DNA of 64,000 nucleotides from Paraphysomonas bandaiensis (lineage: Eukaryota; Protista; Chrysophyceae): assembly GCA_965644295.1 (NCBI GenBank), contig CBFFRP010000377.1, positions 186,001-250,000 on the forward strand, given 5' to 3'. The translations under genes and the position numbers were made by a program. Below the pieces are notes generated by a model that was not told the DNA's origin, did no database searches, and was given only the letters and a program-made list of their open reading frames with translations. Shown here piece after piece: positions 23,024-36,440 of the stretch (position 1 is the stretch's first letter; every line of letters begins with the position of its first letter).

Positions 23024-23179
23024 ATGTTCGGTACAAATATATGAACCGATTTCCATGTGTTCTATTGGTATAGGGTACAGTGTGCAGTAAATGCTACGCT
23101 CTGCACCTATTAGAGTTCAGTTAAAACATAAAAAGTTATGCACAAAAATCATATTTCTCTACCAGTAGTTATTGTTGGA

Positions 23180-23847
23180 AGAGTCAGAAGTAAAATGTAG
23201 CAAAAGTATTTAACTCTGATATTCTACTATATTTGGCGCTATGAGAGCCGCTTATGCGTAACCGCAAGGAGCATCAAGGTGCAACCACTATTGTTGCAAA
23301 CGCAATAAGCAAGCAGAGCGTTGATATACCTGGCATCTACTGACTTCAAGACTTTTGAGTCCTTAAAGTGAACAGCCCGGATGCTTGGCTTCGCTCAGTA
23401 GGCAGTAGGCAGCCCAATACCCCGGATGCCTGCTTATTCGTCAAGGTCCAAAGACGTCTACACAAGCGACACCTCTTCCTAGTGTCCCTTATATATTGAA
23501 AGTCTTATTATTTAGCAATAGGCGTTAAAAAGTTGTACCAATGTAGTGGCTAGTTGAATGCTAGACATACTAGTTAGACCTCTACCCATAACTAATCAGC
23601 ACAAATTCTATTATCCTACTATTTAGAGCTACAGAAGCTGCTTGTGCGTCGCCGCTCGCCGCAAGCACCAAGGTGCGGCCACTTCCGTTCTTAACATTGT
23701 GTCCCTTATATATTATATACCACACAAGCATTATCTCACGTTATCTTCTGACTATATATGCGGCTCACGTTAGTTACCCGGAAAAATATCTTCGACACTC
23801 ATCCCCCAGAACACTACGAAAATGTGCGAGTCCGACTTTGTTGAGGG
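23180..23847 (-). mobile_element. Family-X non-coding element (inverted copy) containing a nested truncated copy at ~23498-23698
   Basis: Ends in GCGAGTCCGACTTTGTTGAGGG, the reverse complement of the family terminus. The inner fragment is flanked by the direct repeat GTGTCCCTTATATATT (23482-23497, 23699-23714). Left boundary approximate. Confidence 0.8.
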
Positions 23848-24339
23848 TATTGTTCACTCATTATATTCGTGCGTCTGAATGTACTCTTTAGTCTAGCACA
23901 TTATTATTAAAAGGTCAGACATATATCACACATTGGTTGGCTTTCTATAGGTATAGATATACCTACATTCCTACAGATTCGTTATGAAGTAAACCTTATA
24001 GTGTCTATTAGGAACCTGTTTAGTATGTACCTGTTACCTATAGGTAATTGGTACCTAATATGGCCCACCGATATATCAGTGTTCATTCCACATGCTAATA
24101 CTGATCGATTCAAATGTGTATTGAGTAAAATAGCACAGAAGTAACCTGCTTGCATATAGTTCTTATTACAATCCACTAGCAATAAATCCCAATTTGATTA
24201 TACGAGCTAGATACCTAATATTCCGCAGCAAGTATGAGGTGTGGCTCAAACTTCAAAGTCACCATTTACGAATTATTTTCTCAGCAGACATCATACATTT
24301 ACAATATTTCGTCATCACAATGTATGCCAGTGTGTTAAG

Positions 24340-25772
24340 CTATAGCGTTGTAGCAGATGCAAATAAAGACTGACTCAAGTCATCGATGAGGTCTCCGGGA
24401 TCCTCTAACCCCACAGATATACGTAACAGATTGGGAGGTGATACGGGGTACGCCCCTTCCACTGATCTCCTTGATGTAAAAATAAAAAATACTGCATATA
24501 CAAATAATTCACACAGACCTATGTTCTATCAGACTCTCTGTACCACCAAGACTTGTCGCTCTCTTAAAGAGTTGAACGTTTCGTACAACCTAATAATAAT
24601 AACAGTATCGACAAAACGTGAGACCTACTAGTGGCAGAAAAACGTTATGCTATTCGCAAACCTTTAGCGCCTCCATGCTTCCATTGCTGGTCTCACAAGC
24701 AGGTCGAACCAATAAAGAGAGCATGCCACCATAACCCCGCATTTGCTTCGTCGCTAGATCATGCTGTGGGTGAGAAGGAAGACCAGGATAGTGTACCAAC
24801 TCTACACAAGGGTGTGAATTCATAGCGGCTGCAACGGCAGAGGCGCCTGCGCAGTGCTGCCTCATACGCACCGGTAGCGTTCTCACTCCTCTCATGGCCA
24901 TCCAGCTGTCCCACGCGGAAAGGACCCCCCCTCCCAGCTGGTGCGTGAGACGGAGTCGTGGAAGCAAAGTTGATGCTGCAGGAGTGTCACCTGCGGTTAG
25001 TACGCCTCCAAGTACATCAGAGTGCCCAGCAACATATTTGGTAAGTGAATGCATTACAACATCTGCTCCCAGACACAGTGGATTCAAAAGGTAAGGCGAC
25101 GCCCAAGTTGAATCAACTGCAACAACGACTCGGTCACATAGCGCATTCCTTGCCATACTAACCAAGGATGCAATATCTGACACCTTACACTGTGGGTTAG
25201 AAGGGGTCTCCAGCCACAACAGCACCGGCCTCGTATTATCCAACTCAGCAGTATATTCGAGTCTTTTCTTCACAAGGTTGTGATTAGTCATATCTAACTT
25301 TTCCATTGTCATACCCCACTGACTCAGCAAATCTTTGGCGACTAGATAAACCTGCAGGTAGAATAAACACAATACATGATCGTTTGTATACTTTTACCCC
25401 GTGATATAAGTCGTCAGGTAGTAGGACATGACACTTTGGCATTGCCAACATGAGCGCGGTTGCAGCCTGCATACCGCTTGAGAAAGCAAGAGACTCTTTT
25501 CCGAACTCTAACTCCGTGAATATCTTTTCGAACATACATCGAGTGGGATTTCCGAGTCTCGAATAATTAAATCCGCGAGAGAATTCGCCATTAATGTCTC
25601 TTTCAAAAGTAGTTGATAAATCTATAGGGGGGCTTATAGCTCCTGTCGCGGGATTGCTGTCGCAAGACACATACGCAGTGTCCGTTCCTCTGCCATGCAA
25701 CGACAGCCTCCTCGAATACTGTACAGGGAGAGACCATTTCAATGTCGAAGAAATCGATCGAATGCTATTCAT
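24340..25772 (-). CDS. Cys/Met metabolism PLP enzyme (cystathionine gamma-lyase/synthase family), multi-exon
   Basis: Motifs YSRLGNPT, FSSGM, WLETPSNP, VDSTWASP, HSLTKYVAGHSDV (PLP Lys), ATSLGGTESL, LLRISVGLED. Confidence 0.92.
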
Positions 25773-26139
25773 ACTCTTTGCACAGACTCTGTGATACTAT
25801 GCTACACCCACCAGGCTATGTGCGATTGTTGTGTGCGTATGACATATTTGGTGTTTGCATATGCCTGCTCTTGTAGAGACGATATCCGATAAAGTAACCA
25901 ATGAATATTATAAATTCGCCCTTACACGTATATCATTGGTTAATATATGAACCTGTTTTTTTCAACATGTTTTGTCCAAAGACTGGATATTTTTGACACT
26001 ACACAGCACAGCGAACACAGCACTACTGTGTGACATTCACTTCATTCCACCATACACATAAAGAAGTGCACAGAGCACTCACTCACTTCACTTCACCATA
26101 CAACAAACTACTACAGCACTTCACCCCTACGAGAGATAC

Positions 26140-29100
26140 ATGGCGTCTACTGATCACCTTTCTGTGCGCTCATATCAGCTAGAGATACTTAACGCTGCTC
26201 TACAGGGTAATACGCTCGCTTTCCTCCCCACAGGTAGACCTGTATGCCTGTCGCTGTATGTGCTGCACATGTGTCCACTTTTGATAACTGATATTCACTA
26301 GGAGCTGGCAAGACATTAATATCTGTGTTGTTGATAAAGCACCACATCGAGATAGTCCGCAAGCGTGTGTTAGAGGGACAGCCAAAGAAATGTATTGCCT
26401 TTCTCGCGCCAACTAAAGTATTAGTAGCACAACAGTTCAGATATATTACAGGAAACTGTGATGCTGTGGTACGCTCGTACACTGGTGACACTACATCAGA
26501 GGGTGACGTACTTGTAGACAAATGGTGTGCGCATACTTGGACCAGCGAACTTAGAGCAGTTGACGTAATGGTAATGACCTCTGAAATATTGCGAAATATA
26601 TTGGAAAGAAAGTTTTTATCAGTAACAGACTTTGAACTTATAGTTCTGGTATATTATTTTCTCATCTCTTTAATTCATCTAAGATGGGCAACCGCAGGAT
26701 GAATGCCACCACGCTAATGGAAGTAGTCCAATGGCAGTGGTATGTGACATCGTTAGAGAAACTGTGGAAACCAAACCTCGAATTTTTGGTATGACGGCGT
26801 CGCCACTGCAGTGTAAAAAGGGTAATATATATTGGAAGATCCATGCCTTGGAACAAACAACTGGATGTCGTCTGGTGGCTCCAATGGAAACTGATGAACT
26901 GAGAAAGTATGCGCCTCGTCCTCGATTCTCCATTCTCGTCCACCCGCGGTCATTATGGGCTGACAAGGACTTCAAAATCTATCCGTGGCAAGAGAAACAG
27001 TACGTAGACCCAGTCGCCGCACCTACACTCTGTTTACAGCATTGTTACTTGCGGACAAGACACGGGGCCTGGATTGAGGAAATTAGGGTACTACTGCACA
27101 CACTGCAAGAAAGAGCGGGAAATGTACCACAACTGGCGGGGATTCGATTACTACTTGAGAAGACCAAAAATAAACATCTATCAGCCTGTATATTGGGTGA
27201 CATGCAACAGTTAATAGGGCAAATAATAAAAGTAGTAGAAGATGGTGGGGTGTTATGCGGGCTACATGCGCTTGTGGTCGCTCTAGGATCATCTGAAAAA
27301 GAAGAGAGTCTGCGGTGGAGACAGGACAATGCATCTGAAGAAAAAAAGTACAGTCGAAGGTCGCAAAGGAGTAACAATATGGCACCGAGGACTACGACAT
27401 ATATTGACTGGGATCGGTTTCAGAACATGGCCAATGATATCCTTGCTGGCCCATTTTCCGTACGACAAGAACACAGTGTGCTGTGCGATACTTCCGCTCT
27501 GATGTTATTCTCTCTCCTTGATGTATTTGCCTCACTAGCGCTCAGTATGGGACCACATAGATGCAGGGCGGCTGCTTCTCGATTGTCCAAATCGAATGAC
27601 GGGGGATGGCATTCCGTTGTGACGAGGATTCTTGAAAACTCTGTAGAGTCTGGGTCTGGGTCACCTTCTCTGCTTACATTTACTGTTGGCTCTCTAGGAG
27701 TCGTGAGCTCACCCCTGTTGTCACCTTTTGATTTCGAGAGTCTTGTAAAGAGTGGGTTTGCAGAAATGTCAAATAAAATTGGAGAAGCAGCACACACCCT
27801 TCTTGTCGCCATGACAGTCCATGACTTGATTTGTACGACGTTGTCTATAGATGGCGGAAATGAAAGTATTTTGGACTACAATCTTCAATTACCTCCCGAG
27901 TCTTATCAATCCATTAACTTGGCGACGGCGAGGTCTCTACAGTTGCCTTCATCGCAAAGTTTTTGTGAGTTGCAGGCGTTTACCAAGCTAGAAGGACCTC
28001 ATCTTATTACGCCCAAGGTCAGTACGTGCTTCAGAGATATAGTTTCTCGTGGCGAAAGTCGCTTAGTTCGAGATCTAGTGAAAATTAGCGTGGGCAATGA
28101 TACGGATAGGAATTCTATGTACAATGACTCAAGCGGTGGTATAAATGGAAATCGTGCCCACAATGTTGACTATGATGAATGGGCTGCAATAGTTTTTTGT
28201 CGTATGAGATTATCTGCGGTGACGCTCAGTAATCTGCTCCAGCGCACTTTAGATGCTGTGAAGCAGTGTGTGATAGAAAACGAAAACCAGGAATGTAGTC
28301 CAAATGTATACTCATCTTTAATTAGGCCTGGTCATATTATTGGTGGATGTCATGCGAAATATCTAAACAACCGTTTATGGGAATTCAAAACAGGTTTATT
28401 CAACGTTCTGTTTGCAACGGATATGGCGGAAGAAGGGCTAGATATGCGTTCTTGCCAAAGAATTATTAATTTTGATCCACCATCGACTGTGAAGAGCTAT
28501 GTCCAACGGCGTGGGCGAGCTCGAGCAAGTAATTCTGTCATGATTACGCTCGTGTCGGATGACGAGGACGGTATAAAAGTTATGGATGGCACACAAGATA
28601 TTATCTTCCAGGAAGCTGAGATGGATAACTATGATATCAACCATAGACAACCCGAGAATATGAGGCCGGGAGAGAGCTGTGTAACTGGTGTGGAACTCCG
28701 GTCCCAATATGAACTGTGTGACACCCAATATGTTGTCGAACACTCTGGTGCTCGTGCTGATGTCAATAATTCGACGCAACTGCTATTTCAATATTGTCAG
28801 CAAATACCTCATGACAAATATTTTTTCCCGGATCCTATCTTTTGGATAGCGACACAAAAGGCGTATCAATTTGATAGTGATGAGGCTGTCTGCGAACCTA
28901 CTTCCATGACAGTATATCGCTGCTCTGTTCTGCTGCCTAATAGTGTGCCCGCTGGAATACGGTGCGCTATCGGTCCACCCGCTCGAACGAAGTCGCTTGC
29001 AAAGAGTCTTGTTTCACTTATTTGTCTCCGCAATCTTCATAGATATGGCGAGCTAGATCACTGGCTATTAGCATCAAATTCGTTTACATCTGCGCATCGT

Positions 29101-31770
29101 CGACAAACCAATTGCGATATTGCCGAGAGCGGTGAGAAAAGTTCTAGTACTAGCGGTAACGGGCGAAGCGGTAATGTTCCCAAGAAATATATTGAAAATA
29201 ATCCTGATACTATTACCACTGTGAATATTAAAATGGTTCCTGATTGCGTCACCCCTAAAAATTCCGGGGCGAGTTTGCCGAAATTGTTGTACATGTATCG
29301 TTTTATCGCCAAGTGTGATAACTGTGTTCATGAGTCATATATCAATAGCTGTGCATTATGTTCAAGGCATTTGCATGCAATGAATGCTTTTGGTGTTGCA
29401 TTTTTACGAGAGCTTCCTTCTGAGGTAGCGGCAGAGACCATGAACTTATATGTACGAGGGGTACAAGTGAATATATCACTAGTTTCTCTTGGTAGCAAAG
29501 TAGTTACTTTACCTGAGTTGGATGCAATGCAGCGATTTCACAGAGCTGTACTATGCTGGGAGGTTGATGAGAATGAGTCCGATACGAAGTCTTCGTTGGA
29601 GTCTATCATAGGAAGCCGTTGGTGTTCAAATAGCAATAAAGCATGGTACATGTTGTTTCCAGTGGGAGAAAAATTAATCAATATGGCAAGTAATGCATCT
29701 AGTTCTTCAGAATATGTCCAATCAACAGACAGTACCATTCCTGGCTGGTCGAGACTCGCAGAATATTCGATATCAGCAGAAACGCTTACCAAAAATTTAG
29801 TACGTCACCACGAGAGGATTTGTGAAACTGAGTGTAGTGGTGATCATCCACGCAAGGGCTCACCTGAGGAATATCTAGCGGGTGATGCAGTGTGTTATGA
29901 GTCCCTGACCAATGTTTTGTTCAGTCGTGGTTACAACAGAATCTACATCGGTATAAATGACCCACATGAGCTGAAATCACTGTGTGATGTAATGAAATCA
30001 ACGACAGCTGGTTCTAAATGCATGCCGGTGACTTTCAAAGAACACTACCTTTCAAAGAACAGGATTTCTCCTTCTGAGGTTGCTAGGATAGAAAGTGATC
30101 CATCGCATCGACTCGTACATGCGGCATCAGTGTCTGGTCGTCTCTCGCTTGTTCAAGTTTTAGATAAAGTGGTCACTGAAAATATTATTGACCAAGAGCA
30201 TTCGCATGTTTCAATTCAACATCTCTTGCCGGAACAGTGTGTAGTTCTTGGTGACGCTCTATGGTTTTTGGTCGGACAAGTAGCCCCGTCTATGATGTGG
30301 AGAGTCATGTCGTTGTTGCTGGCATTAGAGGCAAGGGATCACATTATGGCAACCCTGCCACTGCCGGTACCGTTGCACATCATTCAGTCAGCGGTCGATA
30401 TGGATTATCCCAAGGAATCTACTTGTGCATGTGAGAACTATAGAAACGTAAGGCTTCCATCACCTAAGCTTGTACTTGAAGCTCTTACTCCTAGAATGAC
30501 CAAAGAGGTTCTAGACAGCGAAAGATTGGAATTTTTTGGTGATTGCATCTTAAAATATATATCTACTTGGGCTGTATATAATATATTTCCGGGGAAGCAC
30601 GAGGGCCATCTCACTAGAGCGAGAATGAAAATTATATCCAATGAGTATCTGACAATGTGTGCTAGAGCTTCCGGTATGGTCCAGTATATGCGCGCTCATG
30701 CCTTGTCAAATGGAAAGCAGGAACTCCGCTTTTGTCCACCTGGGCGGTGTCAAAGCTTTAGGAATACGAAATCGGTTTGGAATCTTGATATAACCAAACC
30801 TCGAGATAGTGTTAAAGAACAGAGTAAGGGGGATACCGATGAATTCATGTTGTCACAGCACGCTCCCGTTGATGTCAAGGCTAAAAAGATAGCTGATGTT
30901 ATGGAGGCCCTTTTGGGCTGTTTTTACGAAGCAGGAGGTGAAAACTTGACCGTTGCTCTTATCCGCGCCTTTGGCTTATGGCCTCAGACGAATATATATA
31001 CCAGGGAGGATACAATTACCGATTGTGTCACCTCCGTTTGCAGCAATCGTGACGAGGAGCTTGTTATCCCTGAGGGGTATCCCGAGCAGCTGGAGCGCAT
31101 AGCGCGAGGCTCCATCGAACAGTCAAAGTTTCCCCCTGCAAACACGCCATATTCTAATATGGCTACGAGGAGAAGTTATCTATGTGCTACAGCTATCGAC
31201 ATCATTCACTCAAAAATTGGATATAGGTTTACAAACTTTTCTTTAATGGACCAGGCACTCACTCACTGCTCCGTTCTCCATAAGGCCTCCAACCAGCGCC
31301 TTGAGTTTTTAGGGGACGCAATTCTGGATTTCGCAGTTGTTTGTGTACTTTACTCATCTCTCCCCAGGGCGTCACAGGGACAGCTTTCTAGTATCAAGAG
31401 CAAGTTGCTATGCAATCGCAATTTAGCCTTGATTGGTCTCGATATCGATCTCTATCAAAGTATGACAGTGATGTCATCAGCCTTAATTCAACAGTTTGGT
31501 GATATGCAGGAGTGGAAGTTACGTAAAGCCGATGTCGTTGCGAATGAAAACCATGAATACGAAAAACTTAGAGATAAATTTGCATGTATGGGCGGCGGGA
31601 AGGTGCTCGCTGATGCTATGGAAGCACTTGTAGGGGCAGTCTTTATTGACAGTCAGTGCTCCATTCAAGCTGTTCGTGATGTTGTGAAGCACACGAAGAT
31701 AATTCCTGAATCATTTTTTACCGATCCGTACTCTATTCTAGACCCTACCAGCAGTAATACAACTAACTAA
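26140..31770 (+). CDS. DCL: Dicer (helicase-DUF283-divergent PAZ-RNase IIIa/IIIb), 3 exons
   Basis: Motifs RSYQLE, LPTG|AGKT, DECHH, GMTASP, AEEGLD, YVQRRGRAR, LLFQYCQQIPHDKYF, HLLPEQC, ERLEFFGD...IADVMEALLG, QRLEFLGD...LADAMEALVGA. Confidence 0.95.
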
Positions 31771-34164
31771 GTGGTCGATTCACTGACAGGGCAGGTCGAT
31801 CATGGCGTTGCAGATGACGTATTGTTAGAAGACATTTTGTTTAGAGGTATTCTTTCCTTTTAATGTAAATGTGTAAGTAAAGTAGTGATATTTTCGCACC
31901 TTTCGGCATTACTCACTTGTTAAGTTTTTCTATACAGTAGTGCAATATGAAAAACGATCTCGATTTATGATTACTTATACGGGATACTGAGTATAAAAGT
32001 GAGGGAGCTCGTAATGCAAGATATATATTAACCACGTTTCCATTTTATGTATATATAAGAGATTACGTATTATTAGTCACCATCAAGTTGGTCAATCCCA
32101 CATGTTGAGTGTCGCTTAAAGGCTGCAGTTTAAGGTTTCTGGCTTATAGCTGCTGATGAAAAATACAGTAGATAGTAGTTAAATGCCGTAAAATATGAAT
32201 TGAATACAATTTCACATATTAATCACATAACCTCTTGTGAACATCAGTTCTCGTGTGTTGACCAACCCCACATTCATATATATCTCTTGTATAAACATAT
32301 ACATTAAATTTTCCTTTCACTACCTACTGGTGCACACTATAAATTGATTCACTTCAATTGCACAATACATATCATGTCATACGTTAGCAGAGCCAGATAA
32401 GAATATATTGGATTGCAATAATATAATATTGCAATATAAATATATAACAATTATTTATTTTTTCTTGCCACAATAGCATATTTATCATTATTACTGTACT
32501 TTTTAGCATAATTTGGCTTTGCAATATATATTTATATATATCATATATAATATTGTTCATGCTAGTGTGTGTCTTTGAAAATATATTTGATTTATTATAA
32601 ATTACTCTTCATAATCACATAACTTGTCCATTATTTTATAACATACATCGTACAATTCTGTTAATTATTAATTACCAGCAACGAAGAACACTATTTATAC
32701 ATCATGTTCGATATTAGAGTTCATAAACTCTCTCTGTCAACAAGCTATTCACCAAAATATTGTAAACTTCAAACTGTTAAAAGTGTGCTACCTACCTCAT
32801 ACAACTAAAGACTGATAAATTAAATTTTTCTTATGATCATGTATGTTGTGTAAAAACTGTCAATAAATGGAAGATTGCATATATCCACCCATTTCGGTCA
32901 AAAAACCAAAAAATAATCATTCGATTTCAAATTATTCGATCGTCTTGTCTTTCATATTTACTGCACATAAGTTGTCGGAATTACTTCCTCGAAGCAAAAA
33001 GCTAGAAGAAGTTTTCTCTTTCTTGACAGCTTATGGTTCCTACATTGCATATATATCGTCAATGTAGGGTGTTATGAATATGCTCGTTAGCTATGAAGTA
33101 TGTATTTTCCAAGTACTGTAGTTTCCAGTACAAACATTGTGCATCGTTTGTTCAGCAGAGCCAAGATTATCATGACACACTTGCGACAAGAAATAACCCC
33201 ACGACGCCTCGAACTGCTGCTGTTCCTTTGCTTCAACAAGCACTTGTGAACAGCAGTGCAACAGGTCATCGATGATATACTGTCCTATTTTATCATGACG
33301 AGAACGAGGACAACTATGGCAAAGCAAAGAGTTGGAATACAGAATACTTAGAGTACTAGTCGCTAGTTGCTGCATTGTTATTGGGTTTTCATCATAATAT
33401 TTAATCCACTCTAGTATTGAGTTGGATACTACCGATCGAGCAACTGTTTTCTTCTTAGCGCCCAAAATATATTAATATATGCTTAGGCTATAGACTATTG
33501 GATTTTATATGTAAAATGGGATTTTACTTAGAAAAAAGCTATAGTATTATAGGAATAATAGTAGCTTGATTAGACGTTATTGTATACTTAAGTTTTATTT
33601 ATTCATACATATATGTTACGTTAGTTATAATAATATTATTCACAATTAGAAAATTCAAAGAACCAATATTATTCCAGTACTCAGTGACAAGAAGCATTCA
33701 ATTATATGATATTATATATAAAAGTAGATAACAACAATATAATAAGTTATATTATATTCAATTAAAAATATAATATATCTTATTATATATACACAATGTC
33801 AGAACTTACTACCTCTCCTGGTTCTTGCTGCAAATCTTTCCACCAATGCTTTTCTGCGAAAGGAGTTTACCTCAGTCTGCATCTTCTGTAATTCCTCCAT
33901 ATTTGAAGAGAGCTCCAACATGTTTTCGACTTCACCTCTATCGAGAAACTGGTATCGTACATGGAAGGACAGTGCTTATTAGCAATGTTTCGTGGTCCCG
34001 TATTGGCCATACCTCCTCTCGAAAGAGACATATCAACGGTATGTCGTGATGGGCTACGCGATCGGTGCCTTGATGATGAACGATCACGCGGCAATGAATT
34101 ATAAGAGCTTTCCCTGTGAAACGAAGTTCTGTCCCCTCGAACGGGGCCGATATCTCACTAATGA

Positions 34165-34674
34165 CGGACTCGCACCTTGTCTTGGTGTTCTGGGGATACG
34201 TACCGGAGATATTTCTCCAGGAAACTAACGTGAGCCGCATATATCATATATATATATAGCATATAGTCGGCAGATATTGTTCTGTCCACTCATAGCAAAC
34301 TACTTGTGTGGTATACAAGAGACACTAAGAAGAGGTGTCGCTTGTGTAGACGTCTTTGGGCCTTGACAAATAACGAATATGCAGGCATCCGGGAATGAGC
34401 CCACCTCTAGGGCATCCGGGGCATTGGACTGCCTGTTGAAGTCAAGAACCCGGGCTGTTCACCTTAAGGACCCAGAAGTCTTGAAGACAACAGATGTCAG
34501 GTATATCAACATTCCACTTGCTCACTGCATTTGCTTTGAGTAATAGAGCGAGCAAAACGGGTTGCTCCTTGGTGCTTGCGGTTACAGCAGGTTTCGTAGC
34601 GTTAAATAGTAGGATATCAGCGTTAAGCACTGACTCTTAAACGCCTATTGCTAATAATAAGACATTCACTACTA
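34165..34674 (+). mobile_element. Family-X non-coding element copy (terminus slightly truncated)
   Basis: Near-identical to 37670-38161 (CGGACTCGCACC...GACATTCACTACTA). Confidence 0.9.
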
Positions 34675-34679
34675 TCAAT

Positions 34680-34715
34680 CAGGGCCTGGTCACCATTAAT
34701 GGTTATCAGGCCCTG
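34680..34715. mobile_element. 36-bp minimal hAT-type element (fused TIRs)
   Basis: The near-palindrome CAGGGCCTGGTCACCATTAATGGTTATCAGGCCCTG is flanked by a perfect 8-bp TSD CTATCAAT (34672-34679, 34716-34723). Confidence 0.85.
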
Positions 34716-35018
34716 CTATCAATACATTGCAATATATTTATTATTGGACATTAGAATGCTATATTTATTTCTTTGCTGGCATTATATTGCTATCGGGCCC
34801 TGTATAGTTATAGTCTTTGTTTGTGCTTGCCGATAGCACAAAACAACATAGCATGTTAGATCAGACAACATATCTATATTCGAACTTAACTCATTGCCAA
34901 TTTTACATTAAGAGCTCGATGATATTATTTAACAAGTAGTTATTATTAAACTTTCAAGACTTCTGAAAACTACCCCGTATATGCTTACCATACAACAGCA
35001 ACAATTTAAGCGCCACAT

Positions 35019-36440
35019 CTACAGAGACTTAGAAGATAAAACCCCTGCACCATTGTCAAGATACTCTTTTTTCGATACCCACATACTCTTGAAGGTCGAG
35101 AGTGAAGCGAGGATAGATCCTCCTATCCAGGTAGAGTACAGCCGCTCCGGCGGGGCCGCTATTCTAATCTTTGTGTCTTTGGGTAGCAAAGGATGCTTGC
35201 GGATTTCATTCAGTAGTCTGTCTCCGAAACCTGAGTGCATGTGAACTTGACAATAGGTTGTTTAACATTTCCTCACCTTGGAAGAGCGTAGAGCCACCAG
35301 AAAGCACCATCTGGGATAGCAGCACACGACGAAGGTCCATATCAGACTTCATCACTGCCTTGACGAGACAATCATGAACTCCCTTGCTCTCACTACCAAT
35401 GATATCCGGCTGGAAGAGAACCTCGGGAGCGCGGAAAGCCTCAGCCCCAAGCTCTACACGAGACCCATCTGGCAGTTCGTAGGTCCTGCCAGCTCCCTGC
35501 TGCCTACTCTTCCCCTCTATTTCCTCGCGTTGAGGATCGAACGCTACATAACAGCAAGTTTCCTTTATCTGCCGCACAATTTCAACCTCGGCCGAAGTGA
35601 CCATACGCCGCCCGGCCCGTCGCAAGAGGAGCTGCAATTGTGAGGTGACATCGCGCCCAGCAACGTCTACCCGCACCATTGCATGTCGGAGGGCAAAACC
35701 CTCATATATAGGAACTGCATGTGTCACACCATCCCCTGCACATAATATTCCAGTCATTAAATACTCGAAAAACAACGTTTTCATCAATACCGCAATCCAA
35801 GACAAGGCCTGTTGTTCTCCCAGAGGCATACAGACTTAATATCGCCTTCACAGATAGCACAATCAACAGCACATAGTTACTGCATCATACACCACACACC
35901 TGTGGGGCACAAAACATCGCAGGAGCATTGAACCCTTCAAAAAATATTTCTGCAGCCTTTTCCCTGTTTTCATAGGGGTTCAATGGCGCCTCCGTTAGAA
36001 GCACCTGACATCACACCAATATCACCGGAGCGACACTAAAACGAGATTCTTACAGCATGCTCCTCACTGGCAACATTTAAATTTTCTCTAGAATATACAT
36101 GAGCCCATATCCTCTCCATATCATTCCAGTTTCTGACTATGCCATGCTCCATAGGATAGGACAGCACTAGTGCTCCTCTGTGCTCCTCTGCCTTAGAGCC
36201 AACGAATCTACCATAGCAACAACACACTCACAGACAGCGAGTATAGTCCAGATACACTCACATTTCACCTCCATCAAGGGCGCCCCCCGGCATCATGCGT
36301 GTGTGTTTGGTGCGTCCCACATATGACCGAAATATAACGCGGGGCTTGTCAGCTCCGGCGAAGCCTGCCTTCAAAACACCCGTTCCATTGTCAATAACAA
36401 CGGGCTGATTAGCCAACACCTCACTAAAAGTATCAGACAT
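35019..36440 (-). CDS. ACTR1: Actin-related protein 1 (centractin), multi-exon
   Basis: Motifs [60 protein letters not shown]. Confidence 0.93.

Noticed and set aside
33091-34140. Coding-like minus-strand fragments in an AT-rich region
   Set aside because: They are interrupted by stops and have no recognisable motif. This may be a decayed gene or transposon but cannot be assigned.
34142-34802. Possible second hAT-like MITE (CGGGGCCGATA...TATCGGGCCCTG) enclosing the family-X copy
   Set aside because: The left end is degenerate and there is no matching TSD.
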